From assembly GCA_965230295.1 (NCBI GenBank), contig OZ246001.1, positions 64,001 through 128,000 of the forward strand: a stretch of 64,000 nucleotides of DNA. Direction: 5' to 3'. Shown here one piece after another: positions 56,591 to 64,000 of the stretch (the first letter of the stretch is position 1; each line of letters begins with the position of its first letter). The stretch is from Marinicella sp. (GTDB taxonomy: Bacteria > Pseudomonadota > Gammaproteobacteria > Xanthomonadales > Marinicellaceae). The notes beneath the pieces were generated by a model. The model searched no databases, had not been told where the DNA came from, and worked only from the letters and a program-made list of their open reading frames with translations. A program made the translations under genes and the position numbers.

Positions 56591-58495
56591 CTAGTTCAGT
56601 TCTGGTTCCAGACCAAATCTTTGGGCAAATTTAAGGTGACGATCTGCAGCTTGCTGCATAATTCCAGCAAATGCAGGATGGCCTCTGACGGCATCCAGCG
56701 CCGGGTCTCTCAAAAAATAAGCGTAAGCAAAGAAACCATGATCCACTGCCGCTTGGAACTGACTGATCGCATTCTCTTGATAGCCCGACAAGGCATAAAG
56801 TTGAGCCAGTTTATATGCCATTTCACCATCAAAATGTTGCTGTTGTTGACGTTGCTTTACCATATCATCGATCACTGTTTTGGCTGCTTGAGGTCGATCA
56901 TCAATGATGTGGTACAAAGCAGTGGAAAATTGACCAAATAGATCATTGGGCGTGCGTTCATAGACCGCTTTTAACAATGGCTTGGCTTGCTCTTTACGAT
57001 CGGACAACACCAAATTCAGCCCACGATAATAATCATGATAGGCATTACCCGGCTCTGCCAATAAACTCAGGTGTTCATCAAAGTGGTTCATATACAGCAA
57101 TGAATTGGGTGCTTGGTAAATGGGTTTTTTGCTGTAAAAATAGGGATCAAGTTGCCTGATTTGATTGATGTACTCGATCGCCAATTGCAAGAAACCGGCA
57201 TAGCGTAAAGTATAAATTTTAATGTTAAACATGACCGGGTTACTGGTATCTACATCCTGCACCCACTGATAAGCAGATTCGACTTGGTTGGTTTCCGTTA
57301 ACATGACATTGCGACCTATGGCCAAAGCCTGGTACTTACCAGGAGCCAATTGCTCTACTTTTTCTGCCATGGCCAGTGCTTTGACATAATTGTCAGTGGA
57401 TTGACCACACACATACACCAACTTAAAGTAATGAGCAAACAATTGGAACCAAGCATAGGCAAAGTTGGGATCGTTTTCAGTGGCCTTGATCAAAAGCTGT
57501 TCTGATTGATAAATTTCTTTGCAGGAGTCTTTGCGCATCAGATGATGGGCTTGCAAGATCATCCGGTAGGCTTCAGGGTTGTTGGTTTCATTGTGACCAT
57601 CCATTCTGATGGTGACCCCAGGTTTGATTAACTGGATGATTTCTCGAATGGTGACTCTTTGCTGTTTATACAACTCTTTGAGGTCCTTGCTGGTGGCTGG
57701 ATATGGAAACAAAAAGTCACCCAATGAGAACGGTGTTAATTGTCCTGCGGTATCGACCTTATGTAACACAAAGCTGAGTTTAATGCTGTTTTCGTTGAAC
57801 TGCTCCAGCTTACCTTCAATGATGTGATCTGCCAATGTGGCTCGTTGGATGGCCCACAAATCATGGAATTGATCCTTTAGACTCATCATGTTATCAGGAT
57901 GTATGACCCGCATTTTCAGGTTCAAACCCAATTGAGCTGCCATATGATCAATGATGGAATAGGACAAAACCGATACGGCATCTGTATGCTCAGGCATTTG
58001 CAATGGCATGATGGCAATGACAGGATTTTTAGAAGTTTGAAAAGACGACCCACTGCCTTCGGGTTCGTATGGTTTTAACCAATAAACAGCAACGACCACC
58101 AACAATAAAAACAGCAACCATGTCTGTATCGAATGGCTATGATTGCCGGGTTTTAACATAGGTTTTTTGGCCTTAGGTTTTTCAACAATTTGAACCGGAT
58201 GGATGAATTGGTAACCTTTGCCTCGCACTGTTCTGATAAAACTCTCACTGCTGTTTCTGTCATCCAAAACCTTTCTTAATTCATAAATGGTCCTGGTGAT
58301 AACGTGATCAGTGAGGGTCCTACCTTCCCACAATTGATTGAACATTTCTTCTTTAGAAACCACACGATCACGGTTCCTGATCAGCAACAACAAAGCATCG
58401 AAAACTTGCGGTTCCAGTTCAATGACAACCCCATCTTTCAACAGCCTGACTGTTTCCGGATTGAGTCGAAAGGGGCCAAATTCAAATTGCTTCAT
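56591..58495 (-). CDS. CadC/ToxR-like winged-helix transmembrane regulator with TPR region
   Basis: FGPFRL..LEPQVF..RDRVVSK..IRTVRGKGYQF, one TM helix, TPR-like C-terminus. Confidence 0.88.
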   Translation of the reverse strand: MKQFEFGPFRLNPETVRLLKDGVVIELEPQVFDALLLLIRNRDRVVSKEEMFNQLWEGRTLTDHVITRTIYELRKVLDDRNSSESFIRTVRGKGYQFIHPVQIVEKPKAKKPMLKPGNHSHSIQTWLLFLLLVVVAVYWLKPYEPEGSGSSFQTSKNPVIAIMPLQMPEHTDAVSVLSYSIIDHMAAQLGLNLKMRVIHPDNMMSLKDQFHDLWAIQRATLADHIIEGKLEQFNENSIKLSFVLHKVDTAGQLTPFSLGDFLFPYPATSKDLKELYKQQRVTIREIIQLIKPGVTIRMDGHNETNNPEAYRMILQAHHLMRKDSCKEIYQSEQLLIKATENDPNFAYAWFQLFAHYFKLVYVCGQSTDNYVKALAMAEKVEQLAPGKYQALAIGRNVMLTETNQVESAYQWVQDVDTSNPVMFNIKIYTLRYAGFLQLAIEYINQIRQLDPYFYSKKPIYQAPNSLLYMNHFDEHLSLLAEPGNAYHDYYRGLNLVLSDRKEQAKPLLKAVYERTPNDLFGQFSTALYHIIDDRPQAAKTVIDDMVKQRQQQQHFDGEMAYKLAQLYALSGYQENAISQFQAAVDHGFFAYAYFLRDPALDAVRGHPAFAGIMQQAADRHLKFAQRFGLEPELN

Positions 58496-58658
58496 TGATA
58501 GGTAGGTGTGGCTGATTTGTTTTTTATAGATTATATTTTAAGCCAAAAAAAACAAAAGATTCATGCTAAAAATTTTAAATTGTATTTATATGACTTTTGA
58601 CAGATAGCAAGCCCTTTATTATATGATAGATTCACTGCACCAAAAAAGAGGATTAAAC

Positions 58659-61600
58659 ATGAATACGAACATCAAATTGATCGCTGTCAGCGTCCTGATG
58701 GTGGTTGCCAGTGGTTGGATCAATCCAGCTCAAGCCAAAACAAAAGACAATAAGAAACACCCGCTATCAAACCTGCCTTTGAGAAACATTGGGCCTGCGA
58801 TGATCTCTGGAAGAATATCAGATTTCGCTTTTCATCCTGATAAAAAACATGAATTCTATGTCGCAACCGCATCCGGTAATTTATGGAAAACCAGCAACAA
58901 CACCATCACATGGAAACCCATATTTGATGGTGAAGGCTCATATTCGATTGGTGTTGTAGAGATTGACCCGAACAACCCGCAAGTATTGTGGGTGGGTTCT
59001 GGCGAGAACAATTCACAAAGAAGTGTGGCCTTCGGTGATGGCGTGTATAAATCAACAGATGGAGGCAAGTCCTGGAAGAACATGGGGCTGAAAAACTCCA
59101 ACCACATTTCACAAATCTGGATCAACCCAGCTGATTCAAATACGGTTTTAGTGGCAGCTCAAGGCCCACTGTGGAGTAACGGTGGCGATCGCGGTTTATA
59201 TAAAACTACCGACGGTGGAGAAAACTGGGATCGAATCTTGGAAATTGATAAATACACGGGTGTCAACGAATTCGTGATTGACCCTGACAACTCAGACAAC
59301 ATCGTTGCCAGCAGTTACCAACGACGACGCCATGTTTGGACCTTGATCAATGGTGGTCCTGGCAGTGGCATCCACAAAACCACCGATGGTGGCAAAACCT
59401 GGAAGGAAATAAAAGCAGGTTTACCCAAAGATCATATGGGCCGGATTGGCTTGGCCAATGCGCCCTCTTCGCCCAAAACGATCTATGCCATTATTGAAGC
59501 CAACAGTGAAGAAAAAGGACTGTACCGTTCGACTGATTTTGGCCAGAACTGGCACAAACAATCCAGTTACATGACCAACAGCCCCCAGTATTACAACGAG
59601 TTGGTGGTTGATCCGCACAACCCAGATCGTTTGTATTCACTGAACACATTCACCAACATATCTGAAGATGCGGGTAAAACATGGAAGCCATTGTCATTGA
59701 AGTTCAGACACGTGGATGACCACGCCTTATGGATAGACCCTGACAATACAGACCACTTGTATATTGGTGGTGACGGCGGGATTTATGAAACTTGGGATCG
59801 TGGCCAAACCTGGCGTCATATTCAGAACTTGCCATTGGGTCAGTTCTACCGCATCCAACCCGACAATGCAGAGCCCTTCTATAATGTTTGTGGCGGCACC
59901 CAAGACAACAATTCTTTGTGTGCACCTTCTCGCACCAATGACATCCATGGCATCACCAATGCTGACTGGCACATCATTTTAGGCGGCGATGGCTATGAAC
60001 CACAATTTGATCCCAATGACCCAAACATCATTTATGCTCAATACCAATATGGTGGCTTGGCCCGGTATGACAGGCGCACCATGGAACGGGTCTACATTGC
60101 ACCACATCCAAAAGACGGTGAAGCCGCCTACAAGTGGAACTGGAACTCTCCGTTGTTGCTAAGTCCTCATCACGACACCAGGCTGTATTATGGTGCAGAG
60201 AAACTGTTCAGATCAGACGACAGGGGCGACAGCTGGCAAATCATCAGCCCGGACCTGACCCAACAAATTGACCGCAATGAATTGAAAGTGATGGATCGGG
60301 TATGGGGTGTGGACACCATCGCCAAAAACGTATCAACATCCAAATATGGCAGTTTGATTGGTATCACAGAATCACCTGTACAAGCAGACTTACTGATGGT
60401 GGGCAGCGATGACGGCATCATCAGTGTCAGTGCAGATGGTGGTGACAATTGGCGGTCAGTGAAAAAATTCTCAGGTGTTCCTGACATGTCATACATCTCA
60501 GATGTGTTGTTCTCTAACCATGATGCCAATGTTGCATATGCAACCATTGATAACCACAAGCGTGGTGATTACAAGCCTTATGTACTGAAAACAAATGACC
60601 AAGGGAAATCTTGGAAGCTCATCAGTAATGATTTGCCCGAGCGCGGGTTTGCTCACACCATTGTTGAAGATCATATAGACCAAAACTTATTGTTTGTAGG
60701 TACCGAGTATGGTGTCTTTTTCAGCCAAAATGGTGGTGGCAAATGGCATGAATTAACCCAGTTGCCTACCATTTCAGTGCGTGATTTAGAAATTCAAAGA
60801 AGGGAAAATGATTTGGTGATTGGCACATTTGGTCGAGGTGTTTACATTCTTGATGACTACACGCCTTTACGTACCAATGTGAGTGCGTTATCAACGGATT
60901 CTGCCACACTCTTCGATGTCAAAGACAGTTGGCTGTATATCCAAGGGGATCAATTTGATGACCGTGAGAAAGGCTCATCAGGCAGTGACTTCTTCACCGC
61001 TCCTAACCCGCCACTGGGGGCCACCATTTCTTATCACTTGAAAGACAGCTTCAAAACCCTGAAAAAACAACGCCGTGCTGCAGAAATAAAAATTGAAAAA
61101 GAAGGCGGTGATACACCCTACCCATCTTGGGATGAATTGCGTGCCGAGGACAATGAAGAGAAGCCCAGTGTTTTTGTGTTGATAGAAGATGACAAAGGCA
61201 ACGTGGTGAAACGGGTTCCGGCTAAAAACAAAGCGGGTTTTCATCGTGTGCAATGGGACATGCGCTACCCTGCCCCAGATCCTGTCAGCCTAAAGAAACC
61301 TGGATTTGTTCCATACTGGGTGTCACCACCGATGGGTCCTTTGGCCATTCCTGGTAATTACCAAGCCACCTTGATGAAACGTCAAGGGGGTGAGTTAACC
61401 GCATTGACTGAAGCCAAACCATTTAAACTGGTTTCTATGGCCAACAGTCCGGAAATATCTGCTCAGCCAGAAAATGTTTTGGCATTCAAAAAACAATTGG
61501 CAGAACTACAGCGCAAAACTGATGGCGCCAACCGCAAAGTCAGCGAAATGGACAACCGCATCAAGCATTTGCTCAAAGCCGTTGATCGCACCGCTGCAGC

Positions 61601-61937
61601 CACTGAAGAGCATGCCAAAGAAATCAGGAATTTGTCTGATCGATTAACGCGATTAAAAGTCAGTTTGCGGGGTGATTCAACCATCGCTTCCAGACAAGAG
61701 CCTGTTCCTTGGTCTATTTCACAACGGGTGGGCAGTTTGTATGGTGGTTTGATTGAATCTCAAGCCAACATTCCAGGCAACTATCAGGATTCTTATCGGG
61801 TAGCCAACGGTAATTTATCCATGGCGCTCAAGGAATTGCACATGTTAGACACTGACCTGAGGGTGTTCGAAGACGACCTCGAAGAATATGGCGCACCCTG
61901 GACTCCAGGCAGGTTACCTACCTTAGATTTGAAATAA
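58659..61937 (+). CDS. VPS10/BNR-repeat glycosyl hydrolase-like protein
   Basis: Signal peptide; many S/T-x-D-G-G-x-T/S-W Asp-box repeats; GGTQDN; AGAGGA RBS. Confidence 0.9.
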   Translation: MNTNIKLIAVSVLMVVASGWINPAQAKTKDNKKHPLSNLPLRNIGPAMISGRISDFAFHPDKKHEFYVATASGNLWKTSNNTITWKPIFDGEGSYSIGVVEIDPNNPQVLWVGSGENNSQRSVAFGDGVYKSTDGGKSWKNMGLKNSNHISQIWINPADSNTVLVAAQGPLWSNGGDRGLYKTTDGGENWDRILEIDKYTGVNEFVIDPDNSDNIVASSYQRRRHVWTLINGGPGSGIHKTTDGGKTWKEIKAGLPKDHMGRIGLANAPSSPKTIYAIIEANSEEKGLYRSTDFGQNWHKQSSYMTNSPQYYNELVVDPHNPDRLYSLNTFTNISEDAGKTWKPLSLKFRHVDDHALWIDPDNTDHLYIGGDGGIYETWDRGQTWRHIQNLPLGQFYRIQPDNAEPFYNVCGGTQDNNSLCAPSRTNDIHGITNADWHIILGGDGYEPQFDPNDPNIIYAQYQYGGLARYDRRTMERVYIAPHPKDGEAAYKWNWNSPLLLSPHHDTRLYYGAEKLFRSDDRGDSWQIISPDLTQQIDRNELKVMDRVWGVDTIAKNVSTSKYGSLIGITESPVQADLLMVGSDDGIISVSADGGDNWRSVKKFSGVPDMSYISDVLFSNHDANVAYATIDNHKRGDYKPYVLKTNDQGKSWKLISNDLPERGFAHTIVEDHIDQNLLFVGTEYGVFFSQNGGGKWHELTQLPTISVRDLEIQRRENDLVIGTFGRGVYILDDYTPLRTNVSALSTDSATLFDVKDSWLYIQGDQFDDREKGSSGSDFFTAPNPPLGATISYHLKDSFKTLKKQRRAAEIKIEKEGGDTPYPSWDELRAEDNEEKPSVFVLIEDDKGNVVKRVPAKNKAGFHRVQWDMRYPAPDPVSLKKPGFVPYWVSPPMGPLAIPGNYQATLMKRQGGELTALTEAKPFKLVSMANSPEISAQPENVLAFKKQLAELQRKTDGANRKVSEMDNRIKHLLKAVDRTAAATEEHAKEIRNLSDRLTRLKVSLRGDSTIASRQEPVPWSISQRVGSLYGGLIESQANIPGNYQDSYRVANGNLSMALKELHMLDTDLRVFEDDLEEYGAPWTPGRLPTLDLK

Positions 61938-61948
61938 TCAGCGTTCAT

Positions 61949-61983
61949 GACCACCCATCTCCTCTGATGGGTGGTCTTGCTTT
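61949..61983 (+). terminator. hairpin/terminator
   Basis: GACCACCCATC-tcctct-GATGGGTGGTC. Confidence 0.6.
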
Positions 61984-62012
61984 GCGGTAATTGGCGGTGA
62001 TAAACTGCCGGT

Positions 62013-63392
62013 ATGAGTTATCAAAAAGCATCCACCATTGCCATTTTTTGGGGTCTGGTTGTGTTGGCAGGTTGTCAGTCTTCTAAGCCTGATCTTGCCC
62101 GTCTTTATAAATCCAACAACCACTCAAACATGGAACAACCGCCGGTGATTCTGATTCACGGCATCATGGGCAGTAAGTTGCGACACAGCAACAGTTTCGA
62201 AGAAATTTGGTTTGGTAATTTGGCCAAGCTGTTGTTTTCAAGTTATCAAGCCATCAAGCTGACTTTCAACGGTGACTCCCTAGAGCCCATTACCGATGAC
62301 TTAGAGGCTTTTGAAATTGCAGATCAAGCTGCCGGCACTGACTTTTATCGAGCCATCATTGAAACCCTACAAAATTATGCAGGTTACCAACTCAGCACGC
62401 CTGGCAGCTATGATGAATTGGTTCAAAGGAAACTATATATATTCAACTATGATTGGCGACAAGATAACCAAAAAACGGCCATTAAATTGTCACAATTCAT
62501 CAAAACCATTCAACGAGACCACAACAACCCCAAGTTAAAATTCGATATCATAGCCCATTCGATGGGCGGACTCATTACCCGCTATTACTTGCGTTATGGC
62601 GAAACCGATGTATTGAACAACAATGACTTCCCAATGAACCAGGCGGGGTCAAAAAACGTTCGGAAAGTTATTTTATTGGGCACCCCAAATCTCGGCTCAG
62701 TTGGCTCAGTAAAATCTTTCATTACCGGCCTCAAAGTCGGCTTGCGAAAAGTCCCAACGGAAGTGCTGGTAACCATGCCCAGTGTGTACCAGCTGTTTCC
62801 GCACAGCATCAATGATTGGGTGATTGATCCATCTGGCCAACCACTGGATTACGATGTGTTCGATACCGAAACTTGGCGCCAATTTCAGTGGTCTATCTTT
62901 GACCCCAAAGTACGCAACAGAATCCTTGAAGACTATGAGGATTCCGAGGCAGGAAATGAATACCTGTTGTCCTTAGAAAAATACTTCACCAAACACATTG
63001 AACGTGCGCGCCGTTTTGTTTGGTCACTGACCATTCCTGTTGATTCACCCAGTTACAGTTTGGTGGTGATGGGTGGTGACTGCGAATTAACACCTGCCAG
63101 GATATTACTGGAAGAATCGGATTCGGGAAGGCAAGCCATACGGCTTAAACCCAGCCAAATCAAAAAACCGGTAGCAGGTGTGGATTATGAGTCATTGATG
63201 CTTGAACCCGGTGATGGCACTGTCACCAAAGCCTCACTGTTGGCCAGAGATGCTTTGGATCCCACTATACCCAGACATAGGTACAGTTTCTTCCCTATCG
63301 ATTACCCTTACTTCTTGTGCGAACCTCACTCGACATTGACCTCAAACATCAATTTTCAGGACAACCTTTTGAATATCTTACTCAGCCGTTAA
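62013..63392 (+). CDS. alpha/beta-hydrolase lipoprotein (LCAT/lipase-like)
   Basis: LAGC lipobox, IHGIMGSKL, YDWR, AHSMGG, GTPNLGS, GDGTV. Confidence 0.88.
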   Translation: MSYQKASTIAIFWGLVVLAGCQSSKPDLARLYKSNNHSNMEQPPVILIHGIMGSKLRHSNSFEEIWFGNLAKLLFSSYQAIKLTFNGDSLEPITDDLEAFEIADQAAGTDFYRAIIETLQNYAGYQLSTPGSYDELVQRKLYIFNYDWRQDNQKTAIKLSQFIKTIQRDHNNPKLKFDIIAHSMGGLITRYYLRYGETDVLNNNDFPMNQAGSKNVRKVILLGTPNLGSVGSVKSFITGLKVGLRKVPTEVLVTMPSVYQLFPHSINDWVIDPSGQPLDYDVFDTETWRQFQWSIFDPKVRNRILEDYEDSEAGNEYLLSLEKYFTKHIERARRFVWSLTIPVDSPSYSLVVMGGDCELTPARILLEESDSGRQAIRLKPSQIKKPVAGVDYESLMLEPGDGTVTKASLLARDALDPTIPRHRYSFFPIDYPYFLCEPHSTLTSNINFQDNLLNILLSR

Positions 63393-63420
63393 TTTTTGAT
63401 TTGATGGACACGACGAAGGA

Positions 63421-64000
63421 TTAAAACCACTCGACAGCAAAATCCATACAGGTGGTATCAGAACCAGCCAGCAGCTTAAGTTTCGCTTCAATTTCAGGCA
63501 GTTCATAGGTAAAAAAGTATCGGCATGTTTCAATTTTGCCCTGATAAAATGGTTGCTCAGTTGGGCTTTCTGACACCTGTAACTGTTCCATCGCTACCCG
63601 GGCTTGTTGTAACCACATCCAGGCCACCACCACGTGACCAAATGCATCTAGGTAAATGGTCGCATTGGCCAAATAAGCAGGCACGCCCAGATCTGGAACC
63701 TTCCTCTGCATGGCTTGTGTGGTGCTCCCTAACTGCTGTAAATAACCTGCCAAAACCTCAGCCATGGGAGCCAGTTGTTGTTGCTTACCTGCCTGTTCAA
63801 TACTGGCCATGATTTCATCGAACAAGGCCTGGGCAGAAGCACCCCGGTTTTGAGTCACTTTACGGCCCAAAAGGTCCAAACCCTGAATGCCTTTGGTACC
63901 TTCGTGAATCGGATTCAAGCGGTTATCTCGATACAAGCGTTCAACCGGATACTCTCGGGTGTAGCCATAGCCACCATGAACTTGAATGGCTTGATCATTG
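63421..64000 (-). CDS. acyl-CoA dehydrogenase, 3' part (starts beyond window)
   Basis: [38 protein letters not shown]. Confidence 0.95.
   Translation of the reverse strand, partial: NDQAIQVHGGYGYTREYPVERLYRDNRLNPIHEGTKGIQGLDLLGRKVTQNRGASAQALFDEIMASIEQAGKQQQLAPMAEVLAGYLQQLGSTTQAMQRKVPDLGVPAYLANATIYLDAFGHVVVAWMWLQQARVAMEQLQVSESPTEQPFYQGKIETCRYFFTYELPEIEAKLKLLAGSDTTCMDFAVEWF

Noticed and set aside
360-63812. Many short ORFs antisense to or nested in confident genes
   Set aside because: Shadow frames of real genes with no independent support

Overview
Gammaproteobacterial chromosome segment; gene repertoire and C-terminal sorting motifs suggest a marine Marinicella-like organism (inference only). 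Mostly housekeeping: plsX-rpmF-yceD, tesB, nhaC, fumC, ubiM, sodB, an RND pair, a rib operon divergent from nadC-nadE-nadD, acs/actP and secreted hydrolases. Two accessory regions stand out. (1) A ~5.2 kb integrative element in tRNA-Ser(GGA) with a 14-bp att duplication, P4-like integrase, AlpA, HTH protein, primase-less AAA helicase, opposed iteron-like repeats, a DnaA-box cluster and one cargo lipoprotein; it looks like a minimal phage satellite. (2) A four-gene cassette at 40.8-45.2 kb encoding a pseudo-receiver/AraC regulator, a RhiA-like protein, a 562-aa protein with an HAE...PCxxC zinc-deaminase motif and a tail-fibre/collar-like protein, with a predicted H-type pseudoknot just before the deaminase RBS; this is the best candidate for an undescribed system. 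Also noted: several structured palindromic repeats, two orphan GspG-like genes, a CpcT-like lipoprotein and a probable knotted repeat protein. All family calls come from motif recognition by eye, not database searches.
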